Shown piece after piece: positions 1 to 8,588 of a stretch of DNA of 32,000 nt. A program made the translations under genes and the position numbers. The DNA lies in NCBI RefSeq assembly GCF_023585745.1, contig NZ_CP097762.1, positions 90,001 through 122,000 of the forward strand, in the 5' to 3' direction. The stretch comes from Candidatus Saccharimonadota bacterium (GTDB lineage Bacteria; Pseudomonadota; Gammaproteobacteria; Enterobacterales; Enterobacteriaceae). The notes beneath the pieces were generated by a model. That model ran no database searches, had not been told where the DNA came from, and saw only the letters and a list, made by a program, of their open reading frames with translations. The first letter of the stretch is position 1. Every line of letters begins with the position of its first letter.

Positions 1-1153
1 ATTAGCTGCAGCTGGAGTATCTACTGCATTAATTGGCCCAGTCCCTACTCCTGCTATTGCTTATTTAACTCGTGCTTTTAGAGCTGCTGCAGGTATTGTG
101 ATTTCTGCTTCGCATAATCCATTTTATGATAATGGTATTAAATTTTTTTCTGTTCAGGGTACTAAATTAGCGGTAGAAGTAGAGCTCTCTATAGAAAGAG
201 AATTAAATAAATGCTTGACATGTGTGGCGCCAAAATTTTTGGGTAAAGCTAATCGTATTATTGACGCGCCTGGTCGTTATATAGAATTTTGTAAAGGTAC
301 TTTTCCAGCGCATTTGAGTTTAAGAAAATTAAAAATAGTTTTAGATTGTGCTAACGGATCTACGTATCATATCGCTCCTAGTGTTTTTCGTGAATTAGGT
401 GCGGATGTAGTTACTGTTGCATGTCATCCAAATGGATTTAATATTAATAAAGAATGTGGTACTACAGACATTAGAAAATTACGCGCTCAAGTTTTAGCTA
501 GAAAAGCAGATTTAGGTATTGCTTACGATGGAGACGGAGATAGGGTAGTTATGGTAGACCACCTTGGTAATAAAGTAAACGGTGATCAAATATTATATAT
601 AATTGCGAAAGAAAAATTATATCGTAAAAAATTAATAGGAGGAGTCGTAGGGACTACTATGAGTAATACAGGGCTTGTAGAAGCATTAGAACAATTAAAT
701 ATTCCTTTTGTTCGCGCTAATGTCGGTGATCGTTGTGTGATTTCAACTTTAAAACATAAAGGTTGGTATATCGGCGGAGAAAGCTCAGGGCATATTATTT
801 TATTAGATAAAACTACTACAGGAGATGGAATTGTTGTTGCATTACAAATATTATCTGCAATGGTAAGCAATTGTGTTAGTTTGTATGAATTACATAATGA
901 TATGTTTTTATTCCCGCAAATTTTAGTTAATGTATATTGTTCTTCTATTAAAAGTCCTTTAGAATCTAAGATAGTAAAAAAAGAAATTCAGGCAGCAAAA
1001 CAAGAATTATTTGAACAAGGTCGCGTGTTACTTCGTAAATCTGGTACTGAACCATATATTCGTATTATGGTTGAGGGGAAATATTACAGTAAAATACTAT
1101 GTTTAGCAAATAAAATAGCTTCTGCAATTAGATCAGCGATCAATTCCATATAA
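1..1153 (+). CDS. glmM: Phosphoglucosamine mutase GlmM, 5'-truncated by the window edge. The reading phase starts at nt 2 and the stop is at 1151-1153.
   Basis: The frame is open from nt 2. It translates [40 protein letters not shown], which contains the GlmM phosphoserine loop SASHNP. Downstream motifs include DGDGDR and GGESSGH. secG lies downstream, as in E. coli. Confidence 0.95.
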   Translation, partial: LAAAGVSTALIGPVPTPAIAYLTRAFRAAAGIVISASHNPFYDNGIKFFSVQGTKLAVEVELSIERELNKCLTCVAPKFLGKANRIIDAPGRYIEFCKGTFPAHLSLRKLKIVLDCANGSTYHIAPSVFRELGADVVTVACHPNGFNINKECGTTDIRKLRAQVLARKADLGIAYDGDGDRVVMVDHLGNKVNGDQILYIIAKEKLYRKKLIGGVVGTTMSNTGLVEALEQLNIPFVRANVGDRCVISTLKHKGWYIGGESSGHIILLDKTTTGDGIVVALQILSAMVSNCVSLYELHNDMFLFPQILVNVYCSSIKSPLESKIVKKEIQAAKQELFEQGRVLLRKSGTEPYIRIMVEGKYYSKILCLANKIASAIRSAINSI

Positions 1154-1277
1154 TAATAAAATAGATAGTTTTTCTAAAATTTTATATAATATTATATTAT
1201 AAAGAGGTTTTATAGATATAATAATAAATTAAATATTTATTTAGAATTTTTGTATATATAAAAGGTTGTATAATATC

Positions 1278-1562
1278 ATGTATCACTTTTTATTAGTATT
1301 ATTTGTAATAATAGCGGTAGTCTTGATTTTATTAATTATATTACAACAAAATAAACATAATGATTCAGGAGGAATCTTTGGTAATCGTTCTTTAGGAAAT
1401 GTATTACATTCATCTAACTTTGGAGATGGTATAACTCGCATTATAGTAATTTTAGCTATATTGTTTTTTTTAATTAGTTTGTTATTAGGTAATATAAATA
1501 GTAAACAAAATAAAAGTGTTATACAAACGAATATAAGAAACACAACTGTTTTAAATAAATAA
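1278..1562 (+). CDS. secG: Preprotein translocase subunit SecG.
   Basis: MYHFLLVLFVIIAVVLILLIILQQNK...LFFLISLLLGNINSK aligns with E. coli SecG (MYEALLVVFLIVAIGLVGLIMLQQGK...LFFIISLVLGNINSN). The ATG at 1278 matches the E. coli N-terminus. The ORF track's TTG at 1266 adds 4 unsupported residues. Confidence 0.9.
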   Translation: MYHFLLVLFVIIAVVLILLIILQQNKHNDSGGIFGNRSLGNVLHSSNFGDGITRIIVILAILFFLISLLLGNINSKQNKSVIQTNIRNTTVLNK

Positions 1563-1687
1563 AATTTTTTATAAAATAAATATTACTAATATAAATTTAT
1601 TATAGTAAATGTTTAAAACAAATTTTAAGTAAAATTTAAATTTTGATTAATTATAAATAGATTTTTTAAAAAAACATTTTATTTTAA

Positions 1688-1773
1688 ACCGAGGTGGTGA
1701 AATAGGTAGACACGCTACTTTGAGGTGGTAGTTCTCTGTGTGGAGATTGCGGGTTCAAATCCCGTCCTCGGTA
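1688..1773 (+). tRNA. leuU: tRNA-Leu, anticodon GAG (class II, long variable arm). No 3' CCA is encoded.
   Basis: Near-identical to E. coli leuU. The acceptor is ACCGAGG/CCTCGGT, the anticodon stem-loop is CTACT-TTGAGGT-GGTAG (anticodon GAG), and the T arm is GCGGGTTCAAATCCCGT. The discriminator A is followed by TTT. The position after secG matches E. coli. Confidence 0.93.
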
Positions 1774-1890
1774 TTTTGCTATAAATAAATTTTACTTTTT
1801 TGAAAGAGAGTGTTAAAATACACGGTTTGTAGTCATTGAATACACGTTTCTTATTTTTATTAATTAATTTTATAATTTGTAGCGTAGGAT

Positions 1891-1967
1891 CGCGGGGTGG
1901 AGCAGTATGGCAGCTCGTCGGGCTCATAACCCGAAGGTCGTTGGTTCAAATCCAATCCCCGCAACCA
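1891..1967 (+). tRNA. metY: Initiator tRNA-fMet (anticodon CAU), with CCA encoded.
   Basis: CGCGGGGTGGAGCAG...TCGGGCTCATAACCCGA...GGTTCAAATCC..CCCCGCAACCA matches E. coli tRNA-fMet. It has the C1xA72 mismatch and three consecutive G-C pairs in the anticodon stem, both initiator hallmarks. The position upstream of nusA matches E. coli metY. Confidence 0.95.
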
Positions 1968-1971
1968 ATAA

Positions 1972-2385
1972 ATTGATTTTTTTAGTGTTTACAAAATTGA
2001 TATAGTTTCATGTCGTTCTGTTAATCCGGTTTGCTTATGTAGTAGAAAACAAGAAATATTTGACTTAAAACTGATGTGTAAGTTAATTGCAGAAAATATT
2101 AAGAGTATAGGTGTGTTAGCTAATTTTTTAGAAACTTATTTATTAAAGTAAGTGTTGATATGATTATGCCATATATAGAAATTTCTAAAAAATTTATCGT
2201 ATATATCTAGAGATATGGAATTTTATGAATATAATTTTACCATTATGACCAGTTTGGTTTTAACTATAACTTTATTATAAGTAGAGTTGCTTGTAGAGGT
2301 TGGTCAATGCAATTGAAATAATGGAGGAGATGTATTAATTATTCTAAATAATTAGATAATATCATTTTTGAGATATTCGAAATGA
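1972..2385 (+). pseudogene. rimP: Probable decayed rimP (ribosome maturation factor) remnant.
   Basis: This is the exact syntenic slot of rimP in the E. coli metY-rimP-nusA-infB operon. The 414-nt span is similar in size to the 150-codon gene. One phase (codons at 1972, 1975, ...) shows colinear RimP-like patches: KLMCKLIAENIKSIGV, LSYISRD, EYNFTIMTSL, NGGDVLIIL. That phase is broken by in-frame stops at 2149, 2161, 2176, 2278, 2314 and 2353. The similarity was judged by eye only. Confidence 0.45.
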
Positions 2386-3893
2386 ATAAAGATATTTTAG
2401 TTGTCATAGAAGCAGTATCTAACGAAAAGGCAATACCTAAGGAGAAAATTTTTGAAGCATTAGAAGTTGCTCTAGCGACAGCTACTAAAAAACAATATGA
2501 ACAGGATATTGATGCGCGTGTTACTATTGATCGTAAGTCAGGAGAAATAAAAACATTTAGAAGATGGGTGGTTGTAAAAAAAGTCACTCAACCTACTAGG
2601 GAAATAACATTGGAGGCTGCGCAATTAGAACAGCCTAATATTCAAGTATACGATTGTGTTGAAGATAAGATTGAGTCTATTAGTTTTGATCGTATTACTA
2701 CTCAAACCGCCAAACAAGTTATTGTTCAAAAAGTACGTGAAGCTGAACGCGCGGTTATTGTAGAAAATTTTTTAAATAAAAAAGGTACTATTGTTACTGG
2801 TATTGTAAAAAAAATTAATCGGGATAGTATTAATATAGATTTAGGTAATAATGCAGAGGGAATCATTAATAAAGAAGAAATGCTACCTCGTGAAAATTTC
2901 AGGATAGGGGATAGAATACGCGGAATTTTATATCAGATCAAACCAGATTTTAAAGGTCCTCAATTATTTTTAAGTCGTTCTCGTACAGAAATGTTGGTCG
3001 AGTTATTTCGAATTGAAGTACCAGAGATTGGAGAGGAATTAATCACAATTAAATCAGTAGCTCGAGATCCAGGTTCGCGATCTAAAATAGCAGTCAAAAC
3101 AAATGATAAAAATATAGATCCAATAGGAGCTTGCGTTGGGATGAGGGGAGCGCGTGTTCAGGCCGTTTCCAGCGAATTAGGAGGGGAACGTGTGGATGTA
3201 GTGTTATGGGATAAAAATCCTGTACAATTTGTAATTAATGCTATGTCTCCAGCTGATGTAGCATCTATTGTTGTAGATGAAGACAAGCATACTATGGATA
3301 TATCGGTGGAAGAAAATAATCTCGCTCAGGCAATTGGTAGGAATGGTCAAAATATTCGTTTAGTCTCACAATTGAGTGGTTGGACATTAAATATTATGAC
3401 TGTGGAGGATTTAGAAAAGAAACGACATATTGAAGTATGTGCTATTATTAAAATTTTTACGCATTCCTTAGGAATCAGTGAGAAATTTGCTCAACTTTTA
3501 ATTGATTCCGGATTTTCTTCTCTTGAGGAGTTGGCGTATGTTCCTATAAAAGAACTTTTAGAAATAAAAGGAATTGATAAGACTTCAATAGAAACTATTA
3601 GAAATAAAGCCAAAATTGCTTTAGTAAGTTTATCTGAACACTCAGATAAAAATAATAAAATAGAAAATTATCCAACTACTACTAGTTTGATTACTGGATT
3701 ATTAAGATTATCGAATATCGAATATGATATAGCTTGCAAGTTAGTAGAACGCGGTATTTCTACTTTAGAAGATTTAGCAGAATTGGATGTTTCAGACCTT
3801 TCTGGTATTGAAGGGCTTACTAAAGAAAGAACTGGGGAACTAATAATGGAAGCTCGTAATATATGTTGGTTTAAAAATAACGATAAATTTTAG
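2382..3893 (+). CDS. nusA: Transcription termination/antitermination factor NusA.
   Basis: [47 protein letters not shown] matches E. coli NusA ([37 protein letters not shown]). At 503 aa it is close to the 495 aa of E. coli. The S1/KH regions are recognisable. Confidence 0.97.
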   Translation: MNKDILVVIEAVSNEKAIPKEKIFEALEVALATATKKQYEQDIDARVTIDRKSGEIKTFRRWVVVKKVTQPTREITLEAAQLEQPNIQVYDCVEDKIESISFDRITTQTAKQVIVQKVREAERAVIVENFLNKKGTIVTGIVKKINRDSINIDLGNNAEGIINKEEMLPRENFRIGDRIRGILYQIKPDFKGPQLFLSRSRTEMLVELFRIEVPEIGEELITIKSVARDPGSRSKIAVKTNDKNIDPIGACVGMRGARVQAVSSELGGERVDVVLWDKNPVQFVINAMSPADVASIVVDEDKHTMDISVEENNLAQAIGRNGQNIRLVSQLSGWTLNIMTVEDLEKKRHIEVCAIIKIFTHSLGISEKFAQLLIDSGFSSLEELAYVPIKELLEIKGIDKTSIETIRNKAKIALVSLSEHSDKNNKIENYPTTTSLITGLLRLSNIEYDIACKLVERGISTLEDLAELDVSDLSGIEGLTKERTGELIMEARNICWFKNNDKF

Positions 3894-4044
3894 TATTTTA
3901 GTAAACACTACAATATAGTTTTCTTTTATCATAAAAGAAATAAATGTAATTGTATTATTAATTGATTTTTAGGTTTTCTAAAAAAAATTTTAGACTACAT
4001 AACAATATATATGGGTCTCTTAATTTACATAAGAAGGAATTTTA

Positions 4045-6585
4045 TTGAAAAATATGAATTTTAACAAAAATGATACTTATCATAAATTAACTTTACAAAG
4101 AAAGACACGTAGCACTTTAAATGTATCTAATGCAAGCGGGAAAAATAAACAGATACAAATAGAGATTAGAAAGAAGCTTACGTATATAAATGATCCTGTC
4201 CAAAAAGTTACTAATAACAGTAACGATAGTTTTTCTTCATTAAATACAAGTAAAAAATCCCTTAATGTTTCTGCAAAAAAAATATTAGTAAATGAAAATA
4301 CTCAAAAACATAATGATTGTGGTTCAGTGCTTGAAAAAGAAGAAGTATTAAAAGATTTAGATAATAAATATGAAAAAAAATTTTTAACAATAGTGAATAC
4401 AGCACTATCTGGTGATAGTGATCATAAAAATAATCACAATAATAAAATTTCACAAAATATTAATATTGAAATTTTAAAAAAACACGCTGTACCTAATCAG
4501 TTAGGTATTTCTGCATTTCTAGAAGAAAAAAGTGTTTATCAAAAACCTGATAATGAACGTAAAAATCGTTTCTTTACTCGTGTACGTTTATCAAAAAGTA
4601 AAGTTAGTAGTAATAAATTGATTAAGCAACACAATAGAAAGAATTTTAATAATAAACAACAACGTGTATACAATAATATTATACCTAATTATTACTATAG
4701 TAATAATGAAGAATCTTTACAAATATCCCCTTATAATTATAGGACAGTAAAATATAAACGTAAACACAGCACCTTATTACAAGCTTTTAATAAGCCTGTT
4801 AATGCTGTAACGCGCAATATTTCTTTGGGAAATACGATTAGTGTATCAGAATTAGCAAGAAAAATGTCAATAAAAAGTTCGAACATTATTAAAATAATGA
4901 TGAAATTAGGTATTATTGCTACTATTAATCAAATATTGGATCAAGACACTGCACAATTAATAGCAGAAGAAATGGGACATAATGTAATTTTAACTTCTTC
5001 AAATGATTTAGAAAAGACGATTATAAAAGATCGTAATGTTAATTTAAACCATAATGTTATATATAAAAAACGTGCTCCGATAGTAACTATTATGGGGCAT
5101 GTTGATCACGGAAAAACATCTTTATTAGATCGTATTCGTTCTACTAAAATAGCGTCTTCTGAAGTTGGTGGTATTACTCAAAGTATTGGAGCGTATCATG
5201 TAAATACTAGCAATGGTATGATTACTTTTTTAGATACTCCAGGACATGCGGCATTTACTGCTATGCGTGTTCGTGGAATACAATTAACTGATATTGTAGT
5301 GCTAGTGGTAGCTGCAGATGATGGTATTATGCCGCAAACTATTGAAGCAATAAAACATATAAAATGTGCTAAAGTACCTGTAGTAGTAGCAATAAATAAA
5401 ATTGATAAGTTTGGTATAAATATTGATCGTATAAAGCATGATCTTAATAGTCATAGTTTGGTACCAGAAGAATGGGGTGGTGATACGCAATTTGTAAATG
5501 TTTCTGCTACTTTAGGAACAGGTATTAATGAATTGTTGGATGCAATTTTGTTACAATCAGAAATGATAGAACTAAAAGTATTACATGATGCAATGGCAAG
5601 TGCTGTAGTAATAGAATCTTTTTTAGATAGAGGTCGAGGACCAGTAGTGAATGTTTTAATAAAAGAAGGTACATTAAAATGTGGTGATTCAGTATTATGT
5701 GGCACTAAACATGGACGTGTACGTGCTATGTATAATGAATTTGGAGAGAGTATTATAACAGCTGGTCCATCTATTCCAGTAGGAATTTTAGGTATATCAG
5801 GGGTTCCTGAATCTGGAGATATTTTAGTTGTCGTCAGCGACGATAAAAAAGCACGAGAAGTAGCTTTATATCGTCAAGGAAAACTACGTGAAGCAAAATT
5901 ATCTCATATACAACAAAAAGAGCCTAATATAAAAGATGTTTTTAATAGTATTAAAACCACTGATAATATAGTGACGGAATTAAATTTAATTATAAAATCT
6001 GATACTCAAGGTTCATCTGAAGCAATTTGTAAAGCATTGCGAGATTTATCTCAAAACAATATAATAGTTAAAATTTTAACTGCTTCTATTGGTGGTATAA
6101 CTGAAACTGATGTATCCTTAGCTGTTGCTTCTAATGCGATAATTTTAGGATTTAACGTTAAATCAGATTCTTCTATAAAACGATTAATAATAAAGCATCA
6201 ATTAGATGTACGATATTATTCAATAATTTATAATTTAATTAATGATATTAATCATCATATGATTAATTTAATAACTCCAATATGTAAGCGTAACATTTTG
6301 GGATTAGTAAGAGTGCGCAATGTTTTTAGTTCACCAAAATATGGAAACATTGCTGGATGCATAGTGATGGAAGGAAAAATACAAGTACATAAAAAAATTC
6401 ATGTAATACGAAATAATAAAATTATTTATAAAGGGGAGTTAGATTCGTTACGTAGATTTAAACAGGATGTTCATGAAGTGTGTTCTGGAGCAGAATGTGG
6501 TATTGGTATAAAAAATTATAATAGTTTTTGTGTAGATGATAAAATAGAGGTTTTTGATATTCTAAAAGAATCAAATATATCTTAA
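4045..6585 (+). CDS. infB: Translation initiation factor IF-2. The start is either TTG 4045 or ATG 4054.
   Basis: [14 protein letters not shown]...IQIEIRKK matches E. coli IF2 at roughly residues 57-85. The G domain is [19 protein letters not shown]...DTPGHAAF...NKID. The C-terminal domains are conserved. The Shine-Dalgarno-like AAGAAGGA at 4031-4038 sits 6 nt before the TTG. Confidence 0.95.
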   Translation: MKNMNFNKNDTYHKLTLQRKTRSTLNVSNASGKNKQIQIEIRKKLTYINDPVQKVTNNSNDSFSSLNTSKKSLNVSAKKILVNENTQKHNDCGSVLEKEEVLKDLDNKYEKKFLTIVNTALSGDSDHKNNHNNKISQNINIEILKKHAVPNQLGISAFLEEKSVYQKPDNERKNRFFTRVRLSKSKVSSNKLIKQHNRKNFNNKQQRVYNNIIPNYYYSNNEESLQISPYNYRTVKYKRKHSTLLQAFNKPVNAVTRNISLGNTISVSELARKMSIKSSNIIKIMMKLGIIATINQILDQDTAQLIAEEMGHNVILTSSNDLEKTIIKDRNVNLNHNVIYKKRAPIVTIMGHVDHGKTSLLDRIRSTKIASSEVGGITQSIGAYHVNTSNGMITFLDTPGHAAFTAMRVRGIQLTDIVVLVVAADDGIMPQTIEAIKHIKCAKVPVVVAINKIDKFGINIDRIKHDLNSHSLVPEEWGGDTQFVNVSATLGTGINELLDAILLQSEMIELKVLHDAMASAVVIESFLDRGRGPVVNVLIKEGTLKCGDSVLCGTKHGRVRAMYNEFGESIITAGPSIPVGILGISGVPESGDILVVVSDDKKAREVALYRQGKLREAKLSHIQQKEPNIKDVFNSIKTTDNIVTELNLIIKSDTQGSSEAICKALRDLSQNNIIVKILTASIGGITETDVSLAVASNAIILGFNVKSDSSIKRLIIKHQLDVRYYSIIYNLINDINHHMINLITPICKRNILGLVRVRNVFSSPKYGNIAGCIVMEGKIQVHKKIHVIRNNKIIYKGELDSLRRFKQDVHEVCSGAECGIGIKNYNSFCVDDKIEVFDILKESNIS

Positions 6586-6623
6586 TTTGAAATTTTAATA
6601 TTTATAATAGTGGAGAGAGAAGA

Positions 6624-7052
6624 ATGTATTTTCAAAACAATTATCGTTCTCAACGTGTTGCACAAGAAATACATAGAAAAATCTCCGTTATATTACAACA
6701 TAATATAAATGATATTAATATTGATATTCCTACAATTTCTGGAGTGACAGTTTCTAAAGATTTAAAATACGCTAATGTGTTTGTAACTTTTTTTAATAAA
6801 AATAATTTAGAAGAGGCTAACAATTCTATTATTAGACTACAACGTGCAGCAAGATGTATTAGATTCCTTTTGGCTAAAATTTTATATTTACGTGTAATGC
6901 CAGTGTTGTTTTTTAAATATGATAATTCTTTAATAGAAGGTGCTAGAATTTGCAATTTAATTATAAATACTAAACAACCAATTACTATAACGCAAAAAAA
7001 AAAAAAAAATAAAATAGATTTTTCAGAGTTCAAAGATATAAAAATATTTTAA
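6624..7052 (+). CDS. rbfA: Ribosome-binding factor A.
   Basis: [18 protein letters not shown]...[14 protein letters not shown]...[18 protein letters not shown] aligns with E. coli RbfA (RPQRVAQEMQKEIALILQ...VSRDLAYAKVYVTF...FFYDNSLVEGMRMSNLV). The position between infB and truB fits. Confidence 0.95.
   Translation: MYFQNNYRSQRVAQEIHRKISVILQHNINDINIDIPTISGVTVSKDLKYANVFVTFFNKNNLEEANNSIIRLQRAARCIRFLLAKILYLRVMPVLFFKYDNSLIEGARICNLIINTKQPITITQKKKKNKIDFSEFKDIKIF
6994..7009 (+). repeat. A16 homopolymer inside the non-conserved 3' tail of rbfA.
   Basis: Counted directly: cgc-A(16)-t spans 6994-7009 and encodes Q-KKKK-N. It is the longest homopolymer I found in the window. Confidence 0.95.
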
Positions 7053-7072
7053 AAAGAGAAATTGATGGATTC

Positions 7073-7801
7073 TTGTTATTAGATAAAATTAAGGGTGTAT
7101 CTTCTGGGACATTACTCAATAAAATAAAGTATTTCTTTTGCGCAAGAAAAGTTGGACATGCTGGCACATTAGATCCTATTGCGACAGGTATGTTTGTTAT
7201 TTGTTTTGGAAAAGCTACTAAATTAGCTAAATATTTATTAAATTTTGATAAAAAATATAAGGTAGTAGCTAAATTAGGAATAAGTACGAATACTTTTGAT
7301 TCTGATGGTAAAATAAGAAGAATATCTCCTGTGAGATTACATGATAATGAATTAAAACAATGTATACAATCTTTTATAGGAATTAAAAAACAGATTCCTC
7401 CAATGTTTTCAGCTTTGAAACATAACGGTGTACCTCTATATAAATATGCTAGACAAGGAATAGAAATTACCAGAAAGCCCAGAAACGTTCATATATATGA
7501 TTGTAGATTACTGAAAAAATCAAATGATATTATTGAATTATACATATATTGTTCGAAAGGTACTTATGTGCGTAGTATAATAAATGATATTGGAGAATAT
7601 TTAAGTTGCGGTGCGCATGTTATAGAATTAAGACGACTATCCATAGGATATTTTGAATGTTCATCTATGGTTACTTTTAAGAATTTAGAAAATATTTATT
7701 ACAATAATGCTTTTAGTGATTTAGAAGTGTTACGCAAACTAGACACATTATTAGTATCTGTAGATAATATTAAAAATATGTGTATGACTATAAATACTTG
7801 A
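7073..7801 (+). CDS. truB: tRNA pseudouridine-55 synthase TruB, short form without a PUA domain. The start is uncertain: TTG 7073 or a non-canonical codon such as ATT 7061.
   Basis: LLLDKIKGVSS...GHAGTLDPIATGMFVICFG...KYKV...IPPMFSALKHNGVPLYKYARQGIEI...CSKGTYVRSIINDIGE..CGAHV aligns with E. coli TruB, including the catalytic Asp motif GTLDP. The same frame is open from 7013 and encodes IDGF immediately upstream (E. coli has INGV). The product is 242 aa against about 314 aa in E. coli. Confidence 0.9.
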   Translation: MLLDKIKGVSSGTLLNKIKYFFCARKVGHAGTLDPIATGMFVICFGKATKLAKYLLNFDKKYKVVAKLGISTNTFDSDGKIRRISPVRLHDNELKQCIQSFIGIKKQIPPMFSALKHNGVPLYKYARQGIEITRKPRNVHIYDCRLLKKSNDIIELYIYCSKGTYVRSIINDIGEYLSCGAHVIELRRLSIGYFECSSMVTFKNLENIYYNNAFSDLEVLRKLDTLLVSVDNIKNMCMTINT

Positions 7802-8108
7802 TAAGTAATATAACATTATAAATAGTTTATACAGATATTGATCTCATCATGTAACAATTTAATTGATCAACATCATTTTACGATTAATTTTTAAAATAAG
7901 ATTTTCCAAAATAGAAAAGAATAATATGTAGCATACTGTGTACAAAAGAAGAAAATTATAGATAATGTATAAAATAATTTTATTTTCTTATCAGAATGTG
8001 TAGGTATCACGCAATTTATTTGTTTTATATTTACAATTCTTAATAAGTAAAATACATAATTTAGATTTTCATTTAATTACATTCGATTTGGGCTAAAAGG
8101 TATTAAAT

Positions 8109-8378
8109 ATGTCGTGTAATATTAAAAAAAAAATTGAGATAATTTCTGAATTTGGTCGAAATAGTAAAGATACTGGTACTACTGAAGTGCAAATTGCTTT
8201 ATTAACCCAACGTATTGACTACTTAAAGAATCATTTTTTAATGCATAAAAAAGATTTTCATGGGCGACGAGGATTACTTAAAATAGTTTCAAAAAGAAGA
8301 AGATTGTTAAAATATTTGAAAGAAAATTATATATTACGTTATGCTAATGTAATTAGGTCCTTAAAATTAAGGCATTAG
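8109..8378 (+). CDS. rpsO: 30S ribosomal protein S15.
   Basis: IISEFGRNSKDTGTTEVQIALLTQRIDYLKNHFLMHKKDFHGRRGLLKIVSKRRRLLKYLK aligns along its full length with E. coli S15. Both proteins are 89 aa. Confidence 0.97.
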   Translation: MSCNIKKKIEIISEFGRNSKDTGTTEVQIALLTQRIDYLKNHFLMHKKDFHGRRGLLKIVSKRRRLLKYLKENYILRYANVIRSLKLRH

Positions 8379-8588
8379 TTATGGTATTTCAGTTATAATG
8401 AGTCATTATTAATTATTGGTACTTTATTTAATATAAAGTCTTGTATATGTAAAAATAACTAAATGATTTTATTAAAATTAAAATATTCTATGATTGCGTA
8501 TATTGATGTGACATATAATTTCTTATTTTAATTACATGTTATATTGTACATAACAAACATTGTTTTATAAACGTAAAAGGATAATATT

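Noticed and set aside
586-870. Minus-strand ORFs of 61-127 aa listed in the track. They are at 586-870, 1283-1543, 2339-2587, 4262-4453, 5302-5490, 5451-5705, 6650-7033, 9053-9307, 12080-12442, 12840-13079, 17336-17683, 19071-19349, 19255-19452, 20160-20360, 21168-21353, 21341-21622, 24667-24891, 25117-25380, 25690-25992, 28488-28874 and 31177-31479.
   Set aside because: Every one lies antisense within a well-supported conserved gene. All have low-complexity translations with no recognisable motifs. They are the shadow ORFs expected in AT-rich, stop-poor antisense frames.
1266-1277. The TTG at 1266 as the secG start, and likewise the TTG at 12814 as the holD start.
   Set aside because: Alignment with the E. 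coli N-termini favours the downstream ATGs: 1278 for secG, and 12844 or 12850 for holD. The upstream extensions add unconserved residues. The holD start remains uncertain.
1715-1927. A 70-aa minus-strand ORF spanning the tRNA region.
   Set aside because: It overlaps both the tRNA-Leu and tRNA-fMet genes. Its open frame is an artefact of the GC-richer tRNA sequence.
3920-3940. The hairpin TTTCTTTTA-TCA-TAAAAGAAA lies in the nusA-infB spacer.
   Set aside because: It has 9 bp but only one G-C pair and a 3-nt loop. It sits inside an operon where termination is not expected, so it is likely chance.
7840-7885. An imperfect direct repeat, ATTGATCTCATCAT / ATTGATCAACATCAT, lies in the truB-rpsO spacer.
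   Set aside because: It is short, imperfect and present in only two copies. No structural or positional rationale supports it.
8395-8409. The palindrome ATAATGAGTCATTAT lies just after rpsO and could be an rpsO terminator or an RNase III site.
   Set aside because: It has 7-nt arms with a 1-nt centre, so as RNA it forms at most a 5-bp stem. No T run follows. It is too weak to call.
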